From NCBI GenBank assembly GCA_040261535.1, contig JBDQNU010000003.1:42334-106333 (forward strand): 64,000 nt of DNA, in the 5' to 3' direction. This document shows, in pieces, positions 17,969-33,600 of this stretch. Each line of letters begins with the position of its first letter. Position 1 is the first letter of the stretch. Source of the DNA: Poseidonia sp. (lineage in GTDB: Archaea; Thermoplasmatota; Poseidoniia; Poseidoniales; Poseidoniaceae). A model generated the notes under the pieces. It was not told the origin of the DNA, made no database searches, and saw nothing but the letters and a program-made list of their open reading frames with translations. The translations under genes and the position numbers were made by a program.

Positions 17969-20044
17969 TCACGCCCATTGGCCGCCCTCTGAGCGGTAAG
18001 CCTCTGCGAGTTTTTGGGCTCTTGATGCTCGTTGAACCTCCATCGTGGTGGCGCTCGCACCCAAAATGAGGCCCAACCACATCAACACCGAACCGTAGGG
18101 GAGGAGACCCACGGCGTTTCGCAGGCCCCACTGTTGAGGCAAGTCCGCCAAGTCAAAACCGCTGGAGGGGAGGAAGGTGACGTCCAAGAGATCCAAGTCG
18201 CAATCGCACAAACTGATGGAAATACGATCGGGGAACAGGGAGCCTTGCAAGCGGACCCATTCCGCTGTAGAAATTCCCTCGGGCCGAGTGCCCCATGCAG
18301 GCGCAGCGATGGACCCGGCGGCATGGGTAGCGACCATCGTGGTTTCAATGTGGAAGACCGATGAGTCGGGAACGTCATCAACCACCAACAAGGCTTCCAA
18401 CATCAAGAGGTCGAGCAAGAGGGAACGTCCAGCGAGCAACACGAAGCGAACGGTCTGGCTTTCCAACATGCCATCGTCGGACTGGTACGTTTGCCCTTTG
18501 GCGACTTGCCCGAAAATGGCTTGGTCAAGACGAAGCGAAGCAAGTTCAGGAACCAACAACTGCCATCGGCCGTCTTCGAGCGGGATCGCTTCTTCAACGG
18601 TCAGTTTCAGTTTCAATTTCTCGCCGTCGAGCATGCCCCAAGTGGCCCCTGTGTGCGTGGAGAGGGTCTGGTCGGGAACGCCGTCGGCTGAAACGTCCCA
18701 GAGTTGTTGCAAGCGCATTTCAATGAGCGTGTCGAGCGTGATTTCGTCTTCATGCTGGACTTCATCGGCCATGGCCCACAACGGATGCAGAACCCCACCG
18801 ACGAGAAGGAGAACCGCACCGGGGACGAAGAGGCCCAACCGAAGCTTGTAGGAGGTTGTTGGTCGCATCGCCACCAAGAGAAAGACCCCGAGCATCACCA
18901 TGGAGAGGAGAAGAAGCGCAAGACCCTGGCCGTGGAGTCGGTATGGGTCGTCGAGGTCTCCGAGCAAAGCGGCGCCTTGAGGATAGTAACTTGCCGAACC
19001 AAAACCCGTGGGGTCGGTGGGACCCAATCCTTCGTAGCCAAACGCCCCTGACCACGTGTAGGGCTGAACCTTCCCCGGCGAGCCGTGCATGCACATCGTG
19101 TAATCGCCCGTGGATAAGGCGCGCCATCGGTACGTCATTTTGACCGACGAGCCGTCATCATCAACCAGAACCTCCGGCGCAGGTGCTCGGCGGCCTGCGG
19201 CGGTGATGAAATCGGGAACGGGATGCGGTTGTTCCAATTCAATGGGCACTTGCTCCCATTCGACCAAGAGCCTCAAGACTTCGTGGGTTTCCACCTCAAA
19301 GGCCCAACAGTCGTGGTCTGCGCCCACCAACGCCCCAACGTTGAGGTCCTCAAACTGGGTTGAGCGGGGCTGGGTGGTGGAAGTGGGTTCGTCTCGGTCA
19401 ACGGCCTCAGCATCGATGGACCAAGGGACATCGAGTTTGACCACGGAAGCCCCACGCATGTTCAAGGCCCACGTACCCGGCCGGTCCAACGTGAACGTGA
19501 GCACCAAACGAAGAGGTTCATCCTCCCACAGGACCCGCCCACCGGTGAGCGAGAGGGGTTCATCCTCCAACACGTAGGGGGCCGGGTTCGTTTGCGGAAG
19601 TTGATCCGCTTCGAAGGACCACTCGTTGACGCTTTGACCCAAAATTAAACGGGCATTGAGAGCGGGCCGGAACAAACTCCCCGCTTCGGTTTGGTGTTTG
19701 AAATCAATTTCCATCAGCGCCATCAGGTCTGGAAGCAATGCCACGTGGTGTTGGGGAGGGTCGGCTTGAAATTCAAACGTCAACGTTTCCGACTGAAAAG
19801 CGTTGGCTGAACTCTGGCCCGTCACAACCTCTTCGCCGATCGGCGTTGGCGTGAGGACGCAGTCGTTGTCCTCTCTGCACGACAAGAAGAGGTCGCCGCC
19901 GTTCTCTTCGGAGGTGAGGCCAGCGGATGCATGAACCAGCGTCCACGGCTGGTAGAACGACACCATCAGCACCCCGAGCACCAGGAGCGGACGCGTGAAG
20001 TTGGCCATGCTCAACACGACGACCACAGTGAACTGGTATATCAT
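17969..20044 (-). CDS. Large secreted/membrane hypothetical protein
   Basis: Signal peptide, beta-rich ectodomain, three TM segments; ATGA coupling to the upstream gene. Confidence 0.65.
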   Translation of the reverse strand: MIYQFTVVVVLSMANFTRPLLVLGVLMVSFYQPWTLVHASAGLTSEENGGDLFLSCREDNDCVLTPTPIGEEVVTGQSSANAFQSETLTFEFQADPPQHHVALLPDLMALMEIDFKHQTEAGSLFRPALNARLILGQSVNEWSFEADQLPQTNPAPYVLEDEPLSLTGGRVLWEDEPLRLVLTFTLDRPGTWALNMRGASVVKLDVPWSIDAEAVDRDEPTSTTQPRSTQFEDLNVGALVGADHDCWAFEVETHEVLRLLVEWEQVPIELEQPHPVPDFITAAGRRAPAPEVLVDDDGSSVKMTYRWRALSTGDYTMCMHGSPGKVQPYTWSGAFGYEGLGPTDPTGFGSASYYPQGAALLGDLDDPYRLHGQGLALLLLSMVMLGVFLLVAMRPTTSYKLRLGLFVPGAVLLLVGGVLHPLWAMADEVQHEDEITLDTLIEMRLQQLWDVSADGVPDQTLSTHTGATWGMLDGEKLKLKLTVEEAIPLEDGRWQLLVPELASLRLDQAIFGQVAKGQTYQSDDGMLESQTVRFVLLAGRSLLLDLLMLEALLVVDDVPDSSVFHIETTMVATHAAGSIAAPAWGTRPEGISTAEWVRLQGSLFPDRISISLCDCDLDLLDVTFLPSSGFDLADLPQQWGLRNAVGLLPYGSVLMWLGLILGASATTMEVQRASRAQKLAEAYRSEGGQWA

Positions 20045-20571
20045 TGAGCGTCATGCACGGGAACATCAAGCAGGGGAGTTCGACACGTTCGGCAGATATA
20101 TCTGCCGTTTCCTCGCTTTTGGCGAGGAAAACGCTGATCGCACGTGGAGCACGACCACATCCACGTGGCCCGATTCGTTCGCATCGCCTGCGTAAACGAA
20201 GGTCCGAGTCTGCGGGCAGCAGCATCGGGCCACAGGGCTTCAAGCCCTCGGAAGTGCATGTCGTGGGCTCGCCACCCGAGTGCATGAAGAAATTCGTGGT
20301 ACAAGACAAACTTCGCATATGAATTCCAAGCCTCGCACAACAAGTTTGGATGCAAATCCACCGTTTCAACGACGAGGGTACCGTCGGCTCCCCGCCTCCA
20401 ACGCGTCACGCCGTGCCGCTGCGTGGCGCTTCGCCGCAGGACACCAAGAGGCAGGTGTTCCAACGCCGATATGACTTGAACGCCGACCAACGACAGGTCT
20501 TGCATGGTCCCGAGGACGTCTTCACGGAGCTGTTCAAGAGCGACCTTTTGCTGAGGGTTCGCTCTGGCCAT
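20041..20571 (-). CDS. SprT-like zinc metalloprotease with C4 zinc ribbon
   Basis: HEFLH...H..F motif plus CSTC...CRTC. Confidence 0.78.
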   Translation of the reverse strand: MARANPQQKVALEQLREDVLGTMQDLSLVGVQVISALEHLPLGVLRRSATQRHGVTRWRRGADGTLVVETVDLHPNLLCEAWNSYAKFVLYHEFLHALGWRAHDMHFRGLEALWPDAAARRLGPSFTQAMRTNRATWMWSCSTCDQRFPRQKRGNGRYICRTCRTPLLDVPVHDAQ

Positions 20572-20581
20572 GCCGTTCGCC

Positions 20582-21049
20582 TCACGACCAGCGATGGTAT
20601 GCAGGGTGGCCTTCCTTGACGGCGACAAAGAGCCCACTTCCGGTAGCGCAGGTTTTCCCGTTTGCTTCAAGCGAGAGTTCGACGTTGGCCCGGTCCTCCA
20701 TGAGTTCGACCACACGGGCAACCACGGTTAACTCGGTGTCGACCGGCGTGGGGCGGCGAAGTTTCACTTCGTACGTTGCCGTCACGGTGCAGGGAGGTTC
20801 GTCCAAGTTGCCGGCGTCCATAAGGGCCATGGCGGCTGCCCAGTTGCCGTGACAGTCGAGCAACGTGCCGATGATTCCGCCGTTCACCATGCCTGGGAAG
20901 GCTTGGTGTTCTGGTTGAGGTTGAAAGGTCATCACGAGACCGTCTTCGGTTCTGTACGAATCGATTTGCAAACCGTGTTCATTCGCCGGGCCACATCCAA
21001 AACAGATGGAGTTGGGCGCATAGGTTCGCTGGACACCTTGCTCGCTCAT
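20582..21049 (-). CDS. PaaI-family hotdog thioesterase
   Basis: CFGCGPANEHGL, NGGIIGTLLD, VKLRRPTP. Confidence 0.88.
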   Translation of the reverse strand: MSEQGVQRTYAPNSICFGCGPANEHGLQIDSYRTEDGLVMTFQPQPEHQAFPGMVNGGIIGTLLDCHGNWAAAMALMDAGNLDEPPCTVTATYEVKLRRPTPVDTELTVVARVVELMEDRANVELSLEANGKTCATGSGLFVAVKEGHPAYHRWS

Positions 21050-21134
21050 GTCCACCCACGGGCAAGGACGCTTCATGGAGTTTGTTGCGGCTGAAGAGCG
21101 GAGCGTTGATGAGGACGACAACCGTCGAAAGGCC

Positions 21135-22454
21135 ATGGGCGAGCGACGGAAGAAAACCGTCCGCAAAGTGCGTGTCGCTCACGAGTTGCCCAAACGGCGA
21201 AAGGTAGCGATTGAAGAAGCCATGAAAGCTCATCAAACCGAAGACCGACCCGAATGGGACCGCACATCAACATGGGGCGACATTCGGTTTTACCGCAAGC
21301 GGATCAAGCCCGGGACGCTTCGAACCGTCCACCTTCCGTTGTTGGATGTCAACCTTGGCGACCGCTGGCCGGTCCCGGTAACCGTTTTGCACGGCGCACG
21401 ACCGGGGCCCTGCATCACCGTACTGGGTGCCATTCACGGCGACGAACTCACCGGCCCATCAGCATGCACCCACCTCCTGAGCAACGCTTTCACCGACTCA
21501 GGAAAACCGCTGGACCCCGCCACCATGGCTGGCACCCTCCGAATCGTGCCCGTCGTCAATCTCCCGGGCTATCGGATGAAATCTCGCTATTTCCCAGACG
21601 GCAGGGACCTGAACCGTCAATTCCCCGGCGACCCCGGAGGGTCCACCACCCGTCGCGTGGCGGACCAAGTTTGGTCGCATCTCGTGGAGGACAGCGACGC
21701 CATTATCGACCTGCATAGCGCAGCAAAAGGCCGAACAAACATGCCTCAGGTTCGGGTCGACTTGACCCATACAAGTTCATACTTACTTGCGAAATCCTTC
21801 GGCATTGAAATCCTCTTGGATTCCATCCCACCAAAGGGAACGCTGCGGCGAACCGCCAACAAACTCGACATTCCCGTCATCACCTACGAAGGAGGAGGGG
21901 CTGATTTTCTTGGAGACCAATCCGTCAAGGTCGCAGTTCACGGCATCCTGAATGCGCTTCGTTCCATGCGCATGATTCCAGGAAACCCACAGCGACCTAA
22001 GTTCCGGATTTTGGCGAGCGGCTCAACGTGGCTGAGAGCCGGCGAAGGTGGCCTGTTGGACATGTTTGTCTCAGCGGGCAGCGTGATGCGAGAAGGAGAG
22101 GTTGTAGCGACCATTTCCGACCCAGCAACCCCCGGGATGACGGTGGACATCGTTGCGCCAGAGGACGGCCTCGTCATCGGGGCGGCAACCAACCCGTTCA
22201 CTTCCGCCGGCATGCCCGTTGGCCACTTCTTGCCGATCGCCAAACACTTCTCGCTTTTGCAGGAGCAAATTGACGAGAACGGGCGCTTCATCGTCAACGG
22301 CTCAATGGAAGAACGGGTATGGCGAGAAGAGCACGAAATCAACGAGATTTCGCTTGACGGCGAATGGATCGGTGGCGAGGTTGATTCGGAATGGATCGCC
22401 TCAAAAATCACCAACGAAGAGAAAGAGTTCGAGGAAGAAGAAGAAGCAGCGTGA
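21135..22454 (+). CDS. Succinylglutamate desuccinylase/aspartoacylase (M14-like) family protein
   Basis: AIHGDE, DLNRQFPG, IDLHS, TYEGG; start uncertain (21048-21135). Confidence 0.85.
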   Translation: MGERRKKTVRKVRVAHELPKRRKVAIEEAMKAHQTEDRPEWDRTSTWGDIRFYRKRIKPGTLRTVHLPLLDVNLGDRWPVPVTVLHGARPGPCITVLGAIHGDELTGPSACTHLLSNAFTDSGKPLDPATMAGTLRIVPVVNLPGYRMKSRYFPDGRDLNRQFPGDPGGSTTRRVADQVWSHLVEDSDAIIDLHSAAKGRTNMPQVRVDLTHTSSYLLAKSFGIEILLDSIPPKGTLRRTANKLDIPVITYEGGGADFLGDQSVKVAVHGILNALRSMRMIPGNPQRPKFRILASGSTWLRAGEGGLLDMFVSAGSVMREGEVVATISDPATPGMTVDIVAPEDGLVIGAATNPFTSAGMPVGHFLPIAKHFSLLQEQIDENGRFIVNGSMEERVWREEHEINEISLDGEWIGGEVDSEWIASKITNEEKEFEEEEEAA

Positions 22455-23711
22455 TCATTGACCCGAGAAAGCAGCGACGGCCTCGTGGATCTCGCTCTCC
22501 AGCATGTTCCGTTTTTGGCTCTTCGCCACTTCAAACAGATGGGCGACCAAGTCATCGTTCGCCTCAATACCGTTTTGTTCAAGCCACCAAATGATGTTCG
22601 AGCGCCCGGACATGTGACCGATACGAATGACCTGTTTGAGACCGAAATCACCCGCAGGAACACCGGAATACACCCGGTCGGCCAGCCAGTGGTCGCCCTT
22701 TCGCATGGCTTTGATGACCGCCGAGGCGTGAACGCCCGTTCCGGTTTCAAAGGCGTCGTTCCCAAACACGGGGTAGTTTCGAGGCAGAGGGACCTCGATG
22801 TATTCGTTGGCCTTTTGCATGTAGGTGTCGAGCAAGGTGAGGTCGTTGTCAATGACGCCCATGAGTTTGAGATTCACCAGCGTTTGGTCAAGAGGTGCGT
22901 TCCCTGCGCGTTCACCAACACCAAGGGCGGTTCCGTGAATAACGTCGGCGCCCGCCTCAACGGCAGCGATGTTGTTGGCAACGCCCAAACCACGGTCTTG
23001 GTGGCCGTGCCAGTTGACCTCGATGTCTTGGCGTTGATACCCAGCGTCTTTGATGACCTCTTCGTCAATGAACGAGAGGAGTTTCTTGACCCCGTTGGGA
23101 GTGACGTGGCCGCACGTATCACAAACGCAGAGGCGGCGAACGCCCAATTCCATTGCTCTTTGGTAGATCATTTTGACATCTTCAGGGTTGGAACGGGTCG
23201 TGTCCTCCGTAACGAACATGACCGGAACATCGTTGTCAACGGCGTAGGAGACGGCGGCTTCCATGGTTGTGATCAACTTCTCCATCGTCCACCCTTCGGT
23301 GTATTGGCGAATGGGACTGGTGCCCAAGAATGCGGAAGCTTGGATTTCCATTTCGTGTTTGGCTTGCATTTCGACGAGCGGTTCAATGTCCCCCATCAAG
23401 GTACGAACAGCGGCGCCAGGGCGGATGCTGTAATCGTTGTCGTTGATGTGACTCAGCATCGCATCGATGTGGTTTCGGTGAAAAGGCCCTGCTCCTGGGA
23501 GGCCCAAGTCGACTTTTTGCAAGCCGAGTTTTTCCATGTACCCCAACAATTCGATTTTTTGTTCGATGCTGGGATTGCGTGCGCTTGGACTTTGCAGACC
23601 GTCTCGCAGCGTTTCATCGTCAAACCAAACACCGTGAGGATGGTTGGAGGGGTTTCGGTTAATGTCGTAATCCACAACGTTCCAATCGTAAATCAATGAC
23701 CGTTCGTCCAA
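22455..23711 (-). CDS. LeuA-family DRE-TIM synthase (isopropylmalate/homocitrate synthase-like), lacking the regulatory domain
   Basis: DETLRDGLQ, HGHQDRGL, GVGERAGNA; probable TTG start after AGGTGA. Confidence 0.85.
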   Translation of the reverse strand: MDERSLIYDWNVVDYDINRNPSNHPHGVWFDDETLRDGLQSPSARNPSIEQKIELLGYMEKLGLQKVDLGLPGAGPFHRNHIDAMLSHINDNDYSIRPGAAVRTLMGDIEPLVEMQAKHEMEIQASAFLGTSPIRQYTEGWTMEKLITTMEAAVSYAVDNDVPVMFVTEDTTRSNPEDVKMIYQRAMELGVRRLCVCDTCGHVTPNGVKKLLSFIDEEVIKDAGYQRQDIEVNWHGHQDRGLGVANNIAAVEAGADVIHGTALGVGERAGNAPLDQTLVNLKLMGVIDNDLTLLDTYMQKANEYIEVPLPRNYPVFGNDAFETGTGVHASAVIKAMRKGDHWLADRVYSGVPAGDFGLKQVIRIGHMSGRSNIIWWLEQNGIEANDDLVAHLFEVAKSQKRNMLESEIHEAVAAFSGQ

Positions 23712-23819
23712 GAAACTCACCTGCGGAAGAAGAAACCCCTCGCAGGTTTGGAGAACACGCCCCCCCGTTTGAATGCGTCGCTTCTCCGCCCTTGCAAACA
23801 ACGAGGCCGCTGCCCGCCC

Positions 23820-28686
<4,867 letters not shown>

Positions 28687-28754
28687 TCACCTGCGGCCTT
28701 GCCCCACACCACCTCAGGCGTGAGCGTTAAGAGGAGAGGGCAGGTGGCCGAGCC

Positions 28755-29552
28755 ATGACTGGACCGAAAGTGTGCGTTTCCCTTGACGGTACGACCGTGA
28801 AAGCGATGGCTGACGAAGCTGCACGTGCCAACCTTGCAGGTGCCGACATGGTCGAAGTGCGCTTTGACCGCCTCTATCTCAAGAAACCCGAACCCGTTGA
28901 GGTGGAGGACGAAGAAGGCGAGATCAAGCGAGTGATGGCTCCCGAAGAGGAATGGCCGGTACGAGAAGAAAGCGAAGTCGACGTGGACGAAGCGATTTCC
29001 GCCCTCAAGGAAAGCATCCCGCTACCGGTGGTGTTCACCGTCCGACCAAGCGAAGAAGGCGGCTACTTCCCCGGTGACGAAAAGACACGCATCGCTATTC
29101 TCGAGAAAGCCATTGCCTCCGGCGTTAGCCGCATTGACTTGGAACTCTCCATCGACGAAAAGCAACGCTCTGCCTTGCTCTCGCAAGCCGAAGAAGGCAA
29201 CGTCAGCGTCATCTCGTCGATTCACAACACCACGACCACACCTTCTGCGGAAGAACTGGTCAAGATGGTCGAAGAAAACGCCAATGAAGGGCAGATTTTC
29301 AAATTCTGCGGCACCGTGAACGACCACCAAGACGCCCTCCAAATCATTGAAGCAAGTTATGAACTGCGAAACTCCAAGCTCGCCTTTTCCCTGATGGCGC
29401 TCGGCAACGGCGGCGACTGGACCCGCCTTCACGCACCGGTCTTGGGCCAAGACCTCGTGTATGCCACGCTCCGTTCAGAATACAAACTCTCCAACAAGGG
29501 CCTTGTGAACGTTCGGGACTTGAAGAACGCCTGGACGCTGCTTGAGTATTGA
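28755..29552 (+). CDS. aroD: Type I 3-dehydroquinate dehydratase
   Basis: ADMVEVRFD, FTVRPSEEGG, IDLEL, SIHN, FK, ALG...TR motifs. Confidence 0.85.
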   Translation: MTGPKVCVSLDGTTVKAMADEAARANLAGADMVEVRFDRLYLKKPEPVEVEDEEGEIKRVMAPEEEWPVREESEVDVDEAISALKESIPLPVVFTVRPSEEGGYFPGDEKTRIAILEKAIASGVSRIDLELSIDEKQRSALLSQAEEGNVSVISSIHNTTTTPSAEELVKMVEENANEGQIFKFCGTVNDHQDALQIIEASYELRNSKLAFSLMALGNGGDWTRLHAPVLGQDLVYATLRSEYKLSNKGLVNVRDLKNAWTLLEY

Positions 29553-29556
29553 TTCC

Positions 29557-30585
29557 TTAGCCATCGTCCCCTGAGCCCACCTGCTCGAGGTGAGGGACGG
29601 AGGTTGACGACGACAACGTCGATGTGTCCGCTCCGCCCAAACCCGCTTCCATGTAACGCTTGTTGAGCACGACGGGGACGATGATCAGCGTGGCAAAAAT
29701 ACCCAGCAGCACCAAGGGCACCGTCCAAGGAGGGAAAAGCACCGAACGGGATTCGGCGATGACGGTAACTTCGGCGAGAACCACCGTCCCGGGAGCAGGC
29801 GCATCGGTGTCATGGGTGTTGTTCCACGTATCGATGACGAGGTAGAAATCCTGCCAGTCATCGCTACCGAACAACGAACTGTAGACTTCAGGGCCGTCAA
29901 GACTCACGGAGAAGGTGGCGCTGGAGCGGCTTTCGTACTGGTGAACATCGCGATAACTCTGCCAGCCCGTGGGGTCAAAACTGCGCCATTCAGGTGGGAT
30001 GTTGCTCAAATCCATATCCCCCTGGTCACTGAAGGCCGCATCCCACATCCACCACCCACCGTGGACCATTTGGTACACGTTTTCGTAGCGGTTGTATTGC
30101 GATTCCGTCATCAAATAAACATCGGCGTCCACGGGCTGGGTGTCGTTGCCGACAAGGGAAGAGAGGGTCACGCAAAACGTGGTTCGGTGCGAGCTGGATA
30201 GATTCAATCGCAGAGCCCCGACGCTGTCGTTGCCGACCTCCATCGTGATGTAATGACCTTTGGTAAAGAGGTCGAGGGCGGGCAGAGGCCACGACGGATT
30301 GTACATCCAATATTCCTCGGGGTGAAGCGCGTCGTTCGATGCAACCGAGGTCCCGCTTGAGGGGCGTTTTTCAACGTCCTCGATCCAAACATCGTCTTCG
30401 TAGTACGGTTCGTTCCATGAAGAAAAGGGGACGAGCGCATGCCGTTGGACGGTTTCGTTCCAAACCGGGCTCTCGATGGAACCCTCGCACCCTGTTGCCG
30501 CTTGGGCGGACGGCAGGCCACCCCCCCCTCCAGCGAAGAGTGGGAGCAAGAGGACCCCAAGAAGCACGTACGAAAGGCACCTCAT
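29557..30585 (-). CDS. Secreted hypothetical protein with C-terminal membrane anchor
   Basis: N-terminal signal peptide, C-terminal TM helix followed by basic residues. Confidence 0.65.
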   Translation of the reverse strand: MRCLSYVLLGVLLLPLFAGGGGGLPSAQAATGCEGSIESPVWNETVQRHALVPFSSWNEPYYEDDVWIEDVEKRPSSGTSVASNDALHPEEYWMYNPSWPLPALDLFTKGHYITMEVGNDSVGALRLNLSSSHRTTFCVTLSSLVGNDTQPVDADVYLMTESQYNRYENVYQMVHGGWWMWDAAFSDQGDMDLSNIPPEWRSFDPTGWQSYRDVHQYESRSSATFSVSLDGPEVYSSLFGSDDWQDFYLVIDTWNNTHDTDAPAPGTVVLAEVTVIAESRSVLFPPWTVPLVLLGIFATLIIVPVVLNKRYMEAGLGGADTSTLSSSTSVPHLEQVGSGDDG

Positions 30586-30630
30586 GGATTCACCAACCTC
30601 AACGAATACTTGGAGGTTATAGGAGATTGC

Positions 30631-33600
30631 TCAACGACGGCGCAACGGCCGAACATAACCGCTGTCGTCGCTGCGTCGTTCGTCCTTTGAGAGAATCTTC
30701 GGTGCTGGAGGCGGTTGGTGGTGATCCATCCCGAGCAATCCACCCTGAGATTCAACGTGTTCAATGTCCGAATAGGTCTCCGCAGCCTCCTTGGCCTCTT
30801 CCTCGAGTTGGGTTGGTTCTCGCATGACCAGCCATCCCAGAATAAGGGCGACCACGATCAGCGCCACGAAGGTGGCCAATTCGGAGCCCGCATCAGCAAT
30901 CCAAGACTTCCATTCTTCGGCGCTAAACTCCGAGAGTGAAGGTGGACCCTCGGGCTCCGGAACGATTTCGATGTCTCGAGTGAGGTCCGAACATTGACCC
31001 ATGCCGTCGCAAACTTCCACGAGAACAGTGTAATATCCCGTCATGTCCCAGGTGTTGATGGCTCGGGTGGTTGAGCCGGCAACGGGGAGCACCCAGTCGT
31101 CATCCAAGACGCCGTTTCCGTCTTCATCCGTTTCGATGTCGAAATCCCAACGAACGGTAAGATCGGTGACAATTCGCTCGTCCCGCTCGGTAATGGAGCC
31201 GTCCTCAACATCGAGGTCTCGGTAAATCTCCATCGTTGACCCGGCTTCCATGTCGGAAACCTCGGCGCTAAACGAGGCCGATGATTCGGAAAACACGGTT
31301 TCTGGGACGAAAATCTCGGTCACGCTCGGTGGATGGTCAACGACCACCGTGAAACTCGACCGGGTGACATCGCCCGTGCCGAAGGCATCCCGCACCGTTA
31401 ACGAAACGGTGTAAGTTCCCGGGAGGGTGTAGGCGTGCCAAGGAGATGCGCTGTGGTCAAGGGGGGTGGCGTCACCGAAATCCCACGTGTATTCAACCAA
31501 GCCGTTCCAGTCTGGAGATTCTGTTTCAAAGGGAAGGTACTTTCCTTCGAATTGGCGATCACCGTCCCGAGTACCTGCGGAGTCGAAGTACAGCAAACGA
31601 TGAGGTGCCGTGACGGCGGCCCCGTCCTCGTTGAATGTGTGCGACCAAGCATCGGGAAGGGAGCCTTCGGGGAACACGGTTGAAGTCGTGATCAGCTCGC
31701 CTTCCAGCCAACCGTCAAGGATCCTGACGTTGACGATGGGCAACGGATTGGTGATGCGAACCGTCATGGTTCGAGCAAAACTCTGCTCTCCCTGCTTGTC
31801 GGTCACCACCAACGTCACCGTGTGAATGCCTGGAGTGGTGAAGGAGTGAGTGACTTGAGGTCGGTCGCCAAAGGTACCGTCGGAGAACGTCCAATTCCAA
31901 ACTTCAATGTCGCTTGAATCGCCAACGAGCCCGTCGGGATCTTGGCTGTCAAGCCCGTCGAACACGTACGCCGTATCGACCTCTCCGTCTTCTTCACGGA
32001 AGTCGATCTCTCGAGAACCCATCGCTGAGAGGGTACGAACATCAAACGTCGCCACCGGGAGTTGGTTCATGACCACGATGTTGAGCATCGTCGTAGCATC
32101 GCTTCCATCGTCATCGGTAACGGTCAGGAAGACGGTTTTGTTCCCGGGTGTATCCCAGGCGACAAGGGGGTTTGAGGACGTGCTGGAGATGGTCGAGAAA
32201 TCATCACCTCGTTCAGGCATGCCGGTGCCGAGACGCACGCCGTCGGTGAACGTCCAGTCGTAGGAGACGATTTCTCCGTCGTCGTCTTCGAAAACATCGG
32301 GAAGCACCAGCGTGGTGTAGGTCATCGTTGTCATCGTTTCAGCATAAATCTGCACAGGGATTCGGTTGTTGATGTGGACGAGGATGGTTTTAACGGCGGA
32401 ATTGATGCCGTCAGAGACCGTGAGCGTGAGGTTGAACGTGATGTTCTCACCGTTGATGTCGTCCCACTCGTGTTGTTGGGCGTAGACGCCTTGCCCGCCG
32501 CTGCTGGTCCCGTCGCCCCAATCCCATTGGAAATCAAGGAACTCCAAGGGAACGTTGTCTGCCGTGCGGCCGGCTGAAAAGAGCACGCGTTGTCCGGTGA
32601 GCAGGGTAAGTTCCTGGTCAATGACCACGTTGTTCACCGTGATGATCGGAACGGGTTGGGAGTCATCAGAGACGTTGATGGAGAGAACCTGCGTTTCCGA
32701 CCACGAACCGCCCTGGTCTTGAACCCTCAGCGTGGCGTTGTACGAACCGACATCGGTGTAGGAGCGCATTGGGGATTTGAGGTTGGACGAACCGTTATCG
32801 CCAAACACCCAAGCGTACGCCGTTGGCGCATCGAGATAGGGGAGACTGTTGTTGTCCACGGATAGGCCCCAAGCATCAAAGCCGCCACCAAGGAACTGGA
32901 TGTTTTCCCACGTTTGAACGTCGTTCATCGAAACCGTGCCGTTGGCGACAGGCTTCATGTTGTTGAGAACCTGAGGCGATGTCTGGAGCGTATCGACCAC
33001 GTCCCCAAGCATGTCTTTCATCACCATGGAAAAGGTGTATTGGTCGTTGAGTGGGGCGGTGAAATAAACGGACCCGGGAACATCAACACCTCCACCAGCA
33101 GCGATGCGATCCGTGATGCTGTCAACGACGTTTCCGGCGTTGTCTCGGACATGAATCTCAACGTCAAGGTCTTCGAAGAAAGCGTTGGAAAGGACGCCGT
33201 AGTTGATGTTCACCGTATCGTCGAGCCCGTCGCCGTCGCGGTCGGAGAGGACGGTGTTGTTCAGCGAGATGGTGGCCGGTGAGGTGATTCGTGCGGCCTC
33301 AACATCGACGACACCCGTCGGATAGGAAGGACCACAGGAGGTGTAATCGCAATCCGCCACCGTGCTCGCATACCAGGTGATGACCCAAACTTCGTCGGTG
33401 AGGTTCCCAAATCCTGGAACAAGTCCAGTAGCGACGTTGTTGACAAAATTCAACTCGCTCACCGACCAACGTCCGTCGGTTGTCGCTTTCGTCACCACAA
33501 CGCCCTCAAATTGGCTCTTGTCCGCCGTGAGGCGAAGCGTAAGCGGTGCGGGGGAGGCGCTTCCCGGGGTGAATTTGAACGAGCGAATCCCCCATCCCTC

